Assembly: GCA_964595645.1 (NCBI GenBank)
Contig: CAZQQT010000001.1
Span: 239,745 to 303,744 of the forward strand
Direction of reading: 5' to 3'
Source: an uncultured Thermococci archaeon
Lineage (GTDB): Archaea > Methanobacteriota_B > Thermococci > Methanofastidiosales > B48-G16
DNA: 64,000 nucleotides
In this document: positions 48,844 through 58,325 of the stretch, piece by piece
How the letters are laid out: each line of letters opens with the position of its first letter
How positions within the stretch are numbered: position 1 is the stretch's first letter
Made by a program: the position numbers and the translations under genes
Notes under the pieces: generated by a model
What the model was told of the DNA's origin: nothing
Database searches by the model: none
The model's input: only the letters and a program-made list of their open reading frames with translations

Positions 48844-50374
48844 ATGGTAATGCGTAACAGATTTCGAACTGTTCATGTGGTAGTAAATACGCTCGGATCA
48901 CTATTCATCGTACTGGGCGGGTTTTTACTCGTCCCGCTGATCGTCGTAGTAGTCACTGGTGAGCTCCACCAGAACTTCAACACGTTTTTTGCATTTGTAC
49001 TGCCGAGTGGAGTTTCGTTTTCGCTCGGTATTTTGTGCAAGACACTGTTTCGTGGGAAGGCCCCTACGATGCTTCAGGCAATGTTAATATGCGCGCTGGG
49101 ATGGCCTCGGATCCTCTGCTGTTGGTGCACTTCCTTTTGTATTTGGAATAGACGCGAGCTATCTAAACGGGTACTTTGAGGCGATGAGCGGGTTCACTAC
49201 CACGGGAATTACCATGTTCACCGGTCTCGATCAGATGCCTAAGAGTATCCTGTTCTGGCGGAGCCTGACCCAGTGGGTAGGAGGGTTAGGGATTCTTACG
49301 TTTTTTCTGGCGGTGACGTATCGGGGAGGAGGTGCACACAGACTTTTCGGTGCCGAAAGTCACAAGGTGGGAACGGATCGTCTTGTACCCGGACTGATCA
49401 ACACCCTGAAGATGTTGTGGGTGATTTACACCGGATTTACCCTTGTCATCTTTACGAGCCTTTCACGTGCCGGGATGTCTATTTTTGACAGTATCTGCCA
49501 CAGTTTCACAGCCCTTTCTACCGGTGGATTCTCGCCCCACGATGCGAGTATTGGATTCTATCAGGCGTCAGGACATCCCCATTTTGTGCTGATCGAGTAC
49601 ATCCTCATCATCGGAATGGTGATGGGAGGAACGAATTTCCTTATCCATTATCGGGTACTGAAGAAAGACTGGCGGGCATTATTTGACAATATTGAGATGA
49701 AGTACTGGTGGGGACTTATTGGTCTGTTTGTCACGATTATTTTTGCGGAGAGGTTTGCAAATACAGGACTACTTGCACAGCTCTCATTTGAAACACTTGA
49801 ATTCTGGAGACAGGTAGAACAAACGATCCGTACCGTCCTCTTTCAGGTCGTTTCAATCATCACAACGACAGGATTCGGCACGGCGGATATTGGAGGAGTG
49901 TTCTTCGGACAGGTGGCAAAACAACTTTTTCTTGTCATGATGATCATTGGCGGCTGTGTGGGATCCACGGGTGGAGGCATCAAAGTGTTCCGAATAAGTG
50001 TGTTGACGAAATTGATCAAACGGGAAGTATTCCGACTGCGAACACCCAGAAAGTCCATTTCAACTGTGTTAATCGATGGATCTCCCGTAGATATTGATGA
50101 AATCTACCGTGTGAGCGGACTCTTTTTCATGTGGATTGTACTACTTGTAATAGGGGGCTGTATCACAGCATTTCTCTCTGATATCGGCGCATTTAGCTCC
50201 TTTTCCGGAATGTTCAGTGCGTTAGGCAATATTGGCCCCTGTTACATCCCTGTTGAAACAATGGGACAGCTCAATCCAGGGATTAAGATAACATATATAT
50301 TTGGGATGCTGGCAGGAAGATTGGAGATCCTGCCGGTACTGTTAATTTTTAGTCGTAAGGCATGGATATCGTAG
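48844..50374 (+). pseudogene. trkH: TrkH potassium uptake permease with a single +1 frameshift
   Basis: Removing one C at 49105-49106 gives ...ALGW-LGSSAVGALPF...YFEAMSGFTTTG, one ~509-aa ORF. Pore motifs TTTG, STGGF, TTTGF and NIGP are intact. May be a sequencing error. Confidence 0.85.
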
Positions 50375-50385
50375 AGGTGAAAAGA

Positions 50386-51060
50386 ATGTATGTGATTGTT
50401 GCAGGGGCCGGACTAATCGGCTACGAGATTACCAAAAAGTTGGTAGAGAAAAACCACGATGTAGTAGTTATAGATAAGGATCCTGAGGTATGTGAGTCCA
50501 TCTATGCAGAGACTGGTGTGGTAGCGATTAACGGAAACGCTACGGAGATCGATGTACTCGAAAAAGCAGGAGCAGAAAAGGCGGATGTCCTTCTGTGTCT
50601 CATGTGGACTGCTGCAGACAACATTGCGTGTGCGTTGCTTGCGAAAAGCCTGAACATCCCCCGTATTATCGCACGTCTGAGGGAGCCGCGATACGAGGAA
50701 GCCTACAAGACAGCAGGGGTCACGGTGATTGTGCGAATGGCCGATCTGCTGGTGAACCAGGTGCTGATGGAGGTAGAACAGCCGGAAGTACGGAAGATCA
50801 TGACCATTGGCGGCGGAAAAGCCGAAATATACGTGGTAAGAATACCAGAGAAGGCGAAAAGTATAGGAATGCGAATAAAAGAGATCGCACAGAGCAGAAA
50901 GTTCCCCGACGAATGTGTGTTCATGGGGATATACAGGGAAAAGGACGAGGATTTCTTGATCCCGAGAGGAGAGCACGTCTTAAATACTGGAGATACAATC
51001 TTTTTAATTTCCAGAAGTGAGTATATCGATCAGGCAGCGGATTTTTTGACGAGAACGTAG
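50386..51060 (+). CDS. trkA: TrkA/KtrA NAD-binding K+ uptake regulatory subunit
   Basis: VAGAGLIG Rossmann motif, VVIDKD, GNAT and C-terminal TrkA_C. Start set to ATG 50386 after the GAGGTGA SD. Confidence 0.92.
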   Translation: MYVIVAGAGLIGYEITKKLVEKNHDVVVIDKDPEVCESIYAETGVVAINGNATEIDVLEKAGAEKADVLLCLMWTAADNIACALLAKSLNIPRIIARLREPRYEEAYKTAGVTVIVRMADLLVNQVLMEVEQPEVRKIMTIGGGKAEIYVVRIPEKAKSIGMRIKEIAQSRKFPDECVFMGIYREKDEDFLIPRGEHVLNTGDTIFLISRSEYIDQAADFLTRT

Positions 51061-51115
51061 TTGGCAATGTATATAAATTATCTCTAGAAAGTAATAGGTA
51101 ATTAGAAGGCAGATC

Positions 51116-53518
51116 ATGTCAATCTCAAAACCGAATCCTAAAATTTTCTTTTCCGTGATAGTTATAGTACTTGCAGCAGCATTGATATTGTATATGGTGC
51201 CCTCGCCCTTTAATGGAACGGAGCAGAAGAAAACACCCGTCCCTGTGGCAGATATTCGTATTTTCCAGGGGATTACCAATGTTTCCTTTGGAAGTACGGG
51301 ATACACCTTTCCACGTACAGCAGTGAATACCACTAGCGCACCTGTCAGGGTTGTTATTCAGAACGACGGCACTGGAGACTTGGTGGTGGAAGATATAGCG
51401 CTTGTTGATGGAGGGGATCAGTTCGATCTTGTTCTTAAAAAGATAGAGGACACAATTTCTCCCGGTGAGTATACAACGTTCTCTATTTCTTTCACACCTA
51501 CTACTATGAGAACCACAGCTACTACTATCAAGATACTCAGTAACGATCCTGATCGACCCCAGTATGAATTTGCCGTTGTAGGAACAGGAATTCCTGTAAA
51601 AAGCCCAGAAAATGTCTGCGCACGAGCGGAAAGTGGAAGAGTCACGCTTACATGGAATGAAATCGCTGGGACCTCATATAATCTCTACTGGGCCACATCT
51701 CCCGGTGTCACAACTGCGTCGGGCACAAAAATCTCAGACGTTACATCTCCTTATATCCATACCGATCTCACTGATGGTGTAACGTACTACTACATAGTGA
51801 CGGCGGAAAACGCATATGGAGAAGGCATTCCCTCCTATGAAGTGAGTGTACGACCCGATACCTCGTACTATGTTGATGCCACCAGCGGTAACGATGCGAA
51901 TGACGGTCTTTCCCCTGCGACGGCATGGAAAACCATCGGAAAGGTACGAGAGTCCACTTTTCAGCCGGGTGATTATATCCTATTTAAACGAGGAGAAACA
52001 TGGAACTACTCTCTCAAAGTTTCATCAACTGGGACAGCTGGTACTCCGATTACATTCGGAGCGTATGGGGAAGGTAACAGTCCTATAATATCGGTCATAG
52101 ATTCTATCCCGTGTTGGGATATAGAAAAAAACTGGATGAATTACTCGAGGAACGTATGGTATATCGAATACGATATGAACGCAAGACGTCTGTGGCTTTC
52201 AGAAAAAGAATATGTGAAAGCCGAATTTCTCGAAAACATCGACGAAAACTCCAGATGGCATTATGATCCCGCTACATCCCACCTGTACGTATACGCTATA
52301 TCGAATCCCGCAACGTATTATTCCAGCATCGAGGAGGCTCATGCTATTGATGCTTCTTCGGTATACATCATAAATAAGGACCATATTAGGGTGAGAGACC
52401 TTGAATTGAGAGGAGGTCTTCGCACAGTCTCAGTTCTAGGATCTAGTCACGTGATCATTGACAATTGTACTATCGGTTGGGGTGGCGGAATAGGTGTTTG
52501 GATCAGCAGATATAATGAAAAAAGTTCAGATTTTGGAATTATAAGGAACTGTATCATCGACTCAGGATTCCGGCTTTCGTATCTGTATGAAAAAGCTCAA
52601 TCGGAGGACGGTATACATATGAGAAATAATGCAGATCAGTGGGAGATTTATAACTGTGAGATTAAGAATTGGGGACATACTGGAATAAGTTTGTGGCAAG
52701 AGAATAAAAAGACTTCAGTGTCTCACAATAAAATATATTCGAATTTTTTTACCACTCACGATGTGTCTTACGGACGGGCTTTCGAAACCAAAGGGTGGGC
52801 GGGAGGCTGCAGCTACAACGAGTTCTACAAAAATTACGTCCGAGATGTGAAAGGATCCATTCAGATAGGAGGCTCTAACAACTCCGTCTACTACAACATT
52901 ATCGACACGGTAAAGAATACCCCTGTGTACCCCGAATCTACTGTAAGTGCGATAATTCTCACTCCCGTAACGACTCCAAGCGGATATTCTGAAAAGTACG
53001 TGTCCAACCATAATAGAATCTTGAACAACGTCATCTATGGTTGTGATGGTGAAGGTATCAAAATAGAAGGCTGGGACAAGGGATACGAAATAAAATATAA
53101 TAGCGTGATAAACAATATAATTATAAACTGCGGCAAAAACTCAACACACGACAGAGAGAACGTCGGTATTCACATACAACACCAGGGGTATGCAGACGGA
53201 AACGAGTACGTGACAGCGGCCAATAATACAATCCAAAATAATTTAATTTACGTTGAAGGAGCATCAGAAATCATATCCTATAACTGGAACAAGATGACCG
53301 TTGACGATTTCAACGAAAACGAGGTATATGGGGACGAGATAAGCAGAAACATTCAGGCTAACCCTATGTTTGTCGATCCTTTATGCCAAGATTTTCATCT
53401 TCAGTTCTCTTCTCCCGCAATTGATAGAGGGGAAGATGTCGGTCTCACGAGAGATTTTGAGGGCACTGCAGTGCCGCAGGGGGCACGAGCGGATATCGGT
53501 GCGTTTGAATATCATTGA
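51116..53518 (+). CDS. Extracellular multidomain protein: Ig-like + fibronectin III + right-handed parallel beta-helix
   Basis: N-terminal TM, IQNDGTGDL...SNDPD, VTLTW...YNLYW...YYYIV (FN3), YYVDATSGNDANDG, repeated NN/YN stacks, SSPAIDRG...DIGAFE. Confidence 0.8.
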   Translation: MSISKPNPKIFFSVIVIVLAAALILYMVPSPFNGTEQKKTPVPVADIRIFQGITNVSFGSTGYTFPRTAVNTTSAPVRVVIQNDGTGDLVVEDIALVDGGDQFDLVLKKIEDTISPGEYTTFSISFTPTTMRTTATTIKILSNDPDRPQYEFAVVGTGIPVKSPENVCARAESGRVTLTWNEIAGTSYNLYWATSPGVTTASGTKISDVTSPYIHTDLTDGVTYYYIVTAENAYGEGIPSYEVSVRPDTSYYVDATSGNDANDGLSPATAWKTIGKVRESTFQPGDYILFKRGETWNYSLKVSSTGTAGTPITFGAYGEGNSPIISVIDSIPCWDIEKNWMNYSRNVWYIEYDMNARRLWLSEKEYVKAEFLENIDENSRWHYDPATSHLYVYAISNPATYYSSIEEAHAIDASSVYIINKDHIRVRDLELRGGLRTVSVLGSSHVIIDNCTIGWGGGIGVWISRYNEKSSDFGIIRNCIIDSGFRLSYLYEKAQSEDGIHMRNNADQWEIYNCEIKNWGHTGISLWQENKKTSVSHNKIYSNFFTTHDVSYGRAFETKGWAGGCSYNEFYKNYVRDVKGSIQIGGSNNSVYYNIIDTVKNTPVYPESTVSAIILTPVTTPSGYSEKYVSNHNRILNNVIYGCDGEGIKIEGWDKGYEIKYNSVINNIIINCGKNSTHDRENVGIHIQHQGYADGNEYVTAANNTIQNNLIYVEGASEIISYNWNKMTVDDFNENEVYGDEISRNIQANPMFVDPLCQDFHLQFSSPAIDRGEDVGLTRDFEGTAVPQGARADIGAFEYH

Positions 53519-53552
53519 ATAAATAACCAATAAGAGGTAGTATTAAATAAAG

Positions 53553-54632
53553 GTGAAAAATATGATACTTCACAAATGGATGACGGGATGTGTACTGGTG
53601 CTTTGCATAGCGTTAATTTTCTCAGTTCTTCTTTTTGGATGTTTGGATTCCGGTTCAGAGGAAGCAATAGTGGATTCTTCGGACCTTCCTCCCAGAGGAT
53701 TTTTCATGGGCATTCTCCCGATCCCTGGAGAAGGACAGTCTCTTCAGGATGCGTATATCCAAACAGCTCATTACAGTGAAGTTGTACCAGTCTGGCCGTC
53801 AAGTGTAGGTGCCTCTGGGTTCTGGGACTACGTGGATCACCTCCAGAAGAATTGGGGACAGCAGATGCTCACGAAGCACATTCACGGCAACGACATGATC
53901 CCACTCATTCATTTCTCGTTCATAGATAAAGATAGTAACGGAAACTTGATTTTGAAGGCTCCAGAGACAATGAACAATGCGACACTCAGCAACCCAGCAT
54001 GGAGAGCGCTCTACAAACAGTCAGTTCTCGATGTGGTAACAACCTGCAACCCCCTGTATCTCTCCACAGGAAATGAGGTCAACAGATGGTACGCGCAGTA
54101 TGGGATGAATCAGGGCGATCCCAATGGATTTCAGCACGTGATCACACTCCATGAAGAGATCTATGAAATGGTGAAAGAAGTTTCTCCGCGTACCCGTGTG
54201 TTCTGTGTGTTCTCCCGTGAAATTGTCAATGAATATCGAGAAGCAGATCTCCACGTACTGTCATTCTTCAACCCTAACAAAATGGATATGCTCGTTCTTA
54301 CGAGTTACCCCCACGCTGTTCAGGGAATAATGAAGCCTGCCGAGATCGACGATACGTACTACTCCCACGTTGCAGAGCAGATGCCTAGTATACCACTGGG
54401 ATTCAGTGAACTCGGTTGGCCTTCCGTGGATGCCTTCGGCGGTGAAGAAGCACAGGCCGCCTTCCTCACCCACATTACCACACGTCTCACGAAGGATCAA
54501 GGAGTGCGGTTGCATCTTCTTTGTTGGGCATGGCTCCATGATCTGAACGAGGATGATCATACCGGTCTTATAAAAAGAGACGGCACAGAAAAGCTGGCGT
54601 ATCAGGTGTGGAAGAATGTATCATCTTCATAA
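53553..54632 (+). CDS. Secreted/lipoprotein glycoside hydrolase-like TIM barrel (clan GH-A)
   Basis: Lipobox-like LLFGC, GNEVN (acid/base), FSELGW (nucleophile), GLIKRDGTEK.AY..W. Confidence 0.65.
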   Translation: MKNMILHKWMTGCVLVLCIALIFSVLLFGCLDSGSEEAIVDSSDLPPRGFFMGILPIPGEGQSLQDAYIQTAHYSEVVPVWPSSVGASGFWDYVDHLQKNWGQQMLTKHIHGNDMIPLIHFSFIDKDSNGNLILKAPETMNNATLSNPAWRALYKQSVLDVVTTCNPLYLSTGNEVNRWYAQYGMNQGDPNGFQHVITLHEEIYEMVKEVSPRTRVFCVFSREIVNEYREADLHVLSFFNPNKMDMLVLTSYPHAVQGIMKPAEIDDTYYSHVAEQMPSIPLGFSELGWPSVDAFGGEEAQAAFLTHITTRLTKDQGVRLHLLCWAWLHDLNEDDHTGLIKRDGTEKLAYQVWKNVSSS

Positions 54633-54876
54633 ATACAAAAATACCGATCTAAAAACAGATATCACGTTAACTGCAATTAAATGGTTTACCATTGAGATCC
54701 CTAGAAATATAGGTTTCTATAGGGAGAATAAACAAAAAAATTTATTAAATTTCCGCTTGTTTTACGATTCAGATCCAAATTTCCTTGTTTTTTCTATTAA
54801 TAGTCATTATTTCCAAATTAAAAGTATTTTATCCAATGTATATTATTTATTCGACATTTTCCTTCATAAATCACCG

Positions 54877-55190
54877 AAAACAGAAACCTACACAGGCAAG
54901 GCTGTGTAGGAAGCTCACATGACATCATGTGAGCGTTTATTGAGATAACTTCTTCAGTAACTCGCTACAACTGGACATAGGTCTCCGACACTATGTCGAT
55001 CTGTGGTGAGTAACTGTTTTAAACCCTCTAAACCAACCTAACCCATGACGAGAAATTGGAGTCAATAAATCACAAAATGCGATTTTGTGATCAAATGACA
55101 GTGCTTTCACTGCGTTTCTAAAAACAGGTTTTTCTTTGCAGTACCGAAACACAACTGGACGTAGGTCTTCGACCTACGTCGATCTGTGAC
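54877..55190 (+). ncRNA. Candidate structured ncRNA or cis-element of unknown family
   Basis: Five-helix junction at 54877-55020, further hairpins at 55069-55091 and 55099-55112, and a repeated arm at 55151-55188 with a compensatory change. G-U pairs favour the + strand. Confidence 0.6.
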
Positions 55191-55285
55191 GCATAGTATT
55201 TCAAGAGAAGAAAATCTGGAATGGTGGTGGAAGAAGAGTAGTAGTGGGAGAGATCTCAGGATGAATTATGCAACCAAGCAAACAT

Positions 55286-55324
55286 AACCGAAACCTTTAT
55301 AAAGAAATTAGGCATACCTAATTT
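55286..55324 (+). promoter_or_regulatory. feoAB BRE-TATA promoter plus DtxR/Idr-type operator
   Basis: accgaaacctttataaa followed by the palindrome AAATTAGG-cata-CCTAATTT (55305-55324). Confidence 0.75.
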
Positions 55325-55544
55325 GATGAGGTTGAGCGATGTGAAGGAAGGCCGCGAGGTACGAATTCTCTCCTTGGAAGGAGGCAAGGGGTTACGGGTA
55401 CGACTCACTCGTATGGGGATCCATCCTGGAGATCGAGTGATTGTAGAGAGAAACAGCTTCGGACCTATTCTCATAGAGCTCCATGGAAACTCTATTGCCC
55501 TCGGGAGAGGTATCGCTGCAAAGGTGGAGGTGGAACCTCTGTGA
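55323..55544 (+). CDS. feoA: Ferrous iron transport protein A
   Basis: RLTRMGIHPG...GP...IALGRG.A. Start may be ATG 55326. Confidence 0.92.
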   Translation: MMRLSDVKEGREVRILSLEGGKGLRVRLTRMGIHPGDRVIVERNSFGPILIELHGNSIALGRGIAAKVEVEPL

Positions 55545-57385
55545 TTATCGCTCTCGCAGGTCAACCAAACTCCGGCAAATCCACGATCTTTAACCAGGTT
55601 GCAGGATACAAAACAGTGACCTCAAACTTCCCTGGAAAGACGGTAAAGTACACCAAGAGCACCGTAAAGGTGAGAGGGGAAGAGTTTGAAGTTGTCGATC
55701 TTCCCGGTACATACTCTCTTACCTCCTCGGATCTGGCGGAACTCGAAGCAAGGAACTATATTCTAAAAAAAGAAGCAGATGTGGTTATTAACGTAATAGA
55801 TGCATCTATCCTTTCTCGCAGTCTTGAGCTCACTATTCAGCTTGCTGAACTTGAGGTCCCTATGGTGCTCTGTCTCAATATGACGGACGAGGCAGAAAAA
55901 AAGGGTATCCACATCGATACAGAAAAACTCGAAGAGATCTTTGGAGTACCTGCAGTCACTACAGTTGCAAACAAGGGAGTGGGGACCAGAGAACTATTTG
56001 CCACGGCCCTAAATCAGAAAAAAAAACCTAAAAAACAAGAGTACAGTAAAGACATCGAAAAAATTATCGAAATGCTCATTCCAAAGATAGAAAATGAGCC
56101 CAAAAGGCTCACCGCTATTAAAATCCTCGAGGATGACGAATTTTTTACAGAAAATACAGATGTGGACTATAAACGATATCAGAGAATTCTTGAACGTTCC
56201 CATGGTAAATCCTGCGATCTTGTTATCTCATCCGAGCGGCATGCCCTCTCAATGAATATATTTGAGAAGGTGGCAACAGTGGGGGAACCCGAAAAGCCAT
56301 TGTTTGATCTAGATAAGATATTCATGGGGAAGCTGGGGTACCCTATCTTGATCGTACTTTTATATGCGTTATTTTATCTCGTATTCAAGGTAGGAGGTGC
56401 ATTTGAAGAGCCTCTTGTAGAATATTTTGATGATCTCGTTTCTAGTATCACACTGGGAAATCCACTGCTTCAGATAGTGGTGAGGGGAATCATCCAGGGC
56501 ATTGCAGGCGGAGTAGGTATCGTACTCCCTTACCTGCTTCCTCTGCTCCTGGGACTAGCGTTTTTAGAGGATGTAGGGTATCTTCCCCGAGTAGCCTTTT
56601 TGGTGGACAACTTCTTTCACAAGATAGGTCTCCACGGAAAGGCACTGATCCCGCTGATGTTGGGGTATGGATGTACCGTACCCGCTATCATGGGGACACG
56701 AATTCTTGAGTCGGCACGAGATAGATATATTGCTGGATTTTTGGCTGCCTTTGTTCCCTGTTCTGCGCGTACGGTGGTGATATTTGGACTAGCAGCGTAT
56801 TACCTCGGTCCAGCTGTTGCTTTCCTCCTATACCTCACCAATATTATATTTTTGGGATTTCTTGGCGTTGTTCTATCCAGACTCTATGAAGAGGAGAGTC
56901 CTGGGTTGGTACTGGAGATACCTTCTTTAAGAATACCCTCACTGAAAAGCATCCTCCTCAAGACATGGCTACGGATACGGGAGTTCATTGTCATTGCGTG
57001 GCCACTACTTATTGGTGGGAGTATTGTACTTTCCCTTCTAACCTACTACGGAATTGTGGATATCGTCAATACTTTCTTATCCCCACTCACCCTTCTGCTC
57101 GGTCTCCCCGCGGCAGTAGGCGTCACATTGATCTTCGGGATCTTGCGGAAGGAACTTTCGTTGATCATGTTGAAACAGGCGCTGGGAAGCTTAGAAGTAC
57201 TCTCAAAGACACAGATGCTCACATTCACCGTTTTTATCATGTACTACATCCCATGTCTCGCAACCATCGCAGCAATGATCAATGAATTCAAGATAAAAAA
57301 AACACTGATAATAGTGGGGGCCACGGTGATTGCCGCGTTATTTCTGGGAGTACTGGCGAGAGCGATAGGAATTGCTATATGGTGA
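55541..57385 (+). CDS. feoB: Ferrous iron transport protein B
   Basis: GQPNSGKS, NFPGKTV, DLPGTYSL, NMTD, LEDVGY, GYGCTVPA, PCSAR, YIPC. Confidence 0.96.
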   Translation: MIIALAGQPNSGKSTIFNQVAGYKTVTSNFPGKTVKYTKSTVKVRGEEFEVVDLPGTYSLTSSDLAELEARNYILKKEADVVINVIDASILSRSLELTIQLAELEVPMVLCLNMTDEAEKKGIHIDTEKLEEIFGVPAVTTVANKGVGTRELFATALNQKKKPKKQEYSKDIEKIIEMLIPKIENEPKRLTAIKILEDDEFFTENTDVDYKRYQRILERSHGKSCDLVISSERHALSMNIFEKVATVGEPEKPLFDLDKIFMGKLGYPILIVLLYALFYLVFKVGGAFEEPLVEYFDDLVSSITLGNPLLQIVVRGIIQGIAGGVGIVLPYLLPLLLGLAFLEDVGYLPRVAFLVDNFFHKIGLHGKALIPLMLGYGCTVPAIMGTRILESARDRYIAGFLAAFVPCSARTVVIFGLAAYYLGPAVAFLLYLTNIIFLGFLGVVLSRLYEEESPGLVLEIPSLRIPSLKSILLKTWLRIREFIVIAWPLLIGGSIVLSLLTYYGIVDIVNTFLSPLTLLLGLPAAVGVTLIFGILRKELSLIMLKQALGSLEVLSKTQMLTFTVFIMYYIPCLATIAAMINEFKIKKTLIIVGATVIAALFLGVLARAIGIAIW

Positions 57386-57425
57386 ATTGCAAAAATATTT
57401 AAATCTTTGTATACCTGTACGTGCA

Positions 57426-58325
57426 ATGATCACATTACACAATGTCACAAAAAAGTATGGAGAGTTTACTGCTGTCGATGACCTCACACTGGAGATAGAT
57501 GAAGGAGACTCCTTTGGATTTCTTGGACCAAATGGTGCAGGAAAAACAACGACAATTCTCATGACTGTGGGAGTCCTGCGTCCTTCTTCTGGTGAAATAA
57601 GAGTTTTTAACAGGAACATACGAAGTGAGATAGAGGTAAAAAGTAGAATAGGCGTTGTATCTGAACAGCAGTATTTATACAACGATATGACGGCCTTTGA
57701 GTATCTGAATTTTTTTGCAGAACTCTACAATGCCAATTCAAATAGAGTGGATGAACTATTGGACTACATGAATCTCTCCGATGTGAAAAATAAATCCTTG
57801 GGAGAGTACTCCAAAGGAATGAGGCAGAAGGTGAGTGTTGCTCGGGCAGTCCTTCATGATCCGGAGATCCTCATTCTTGATGAACCGGCCTATGGTCTTG
57901 ATCCTAAAGGGGTGAAGGAGGTACGGGATCTTATCCTTACCGAAAAGAAGAAGGGAAAAACAATATTTATCTCGTCCCACATACTCACGGAGATAGAGAA
58001 AGTCTGTGATGATGTGGGTATTATCAACAAAGGAAAGCTTGTTTTTGAAGGAACGATGAACGAACTAAAAGAAACCGTTTCTGGAGAGAGGGAGGTATAT
58101 ATCGAGCTGTATGAGATGTCACCAACGATTCTCGAGAATCTTGAGGCACTTCCTTTTGTCACGATGGTAACTACAGATGGAAATACGCTTCGGATTACCA
58201 CAGAAGAGGATAGACGAAAGGAACTGTCCGAGACGATCTCTTCCTCTGGCGGAGTGATTATCGGTATGCGCGAGGAGAACATTAGCCTTGAAGATGCGTT
58301 TTTGCAGGTGACAGAACATGAATAA
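57426..58325 (+). CDS. ABC transporter ATP-binding protein
   Basis: GPNGAGKTT, YSKGMRQK, ILDEP, SSH. Start set to ATG 57426 after a TATA box at ~57397. Confidence 0.93.
   Translation: MITLHNVTKKYGEFTAVDDLTLEIDEGDSFGFLGPNGAGKTTTILMTVGVLRPSSGEIRVFNRNIRSEIEVKSRIGVVSEQQYLYNDMTAFEYLNFFAELYNANSNRVDELLDYMNLSDVKNKSLGEYSKGMRQKVSVARAVLHDPEILILDEPAYGLDPKGVKEVRDLILTEKKKGKTIFISSHILTEIEKVCDDVGIINKGKLVFEGTMNELKETVSGEREVYIELYEMSPTILENLEALPFVTMVTTDGNTLRITTEEDRRKELSETISSSGGVIIGMREENISLEDAFLQVTEHE

Noticed and set aside
54616-54909. 97-aa ORF on + and a minus-strand GGTGA + ATG (MKENVE*) near 54867
   Set aside because: The + ORF is AT-rich with no recognisable features. The minus frame stops after six codons and I could not reconstruct a pseudogene.
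54967-55188. Two 38/39-nt repeats as a CRISPR mini-array
   Set aside because: Only two copies, a 145-nt structured spacer, and no cas genes in the window.
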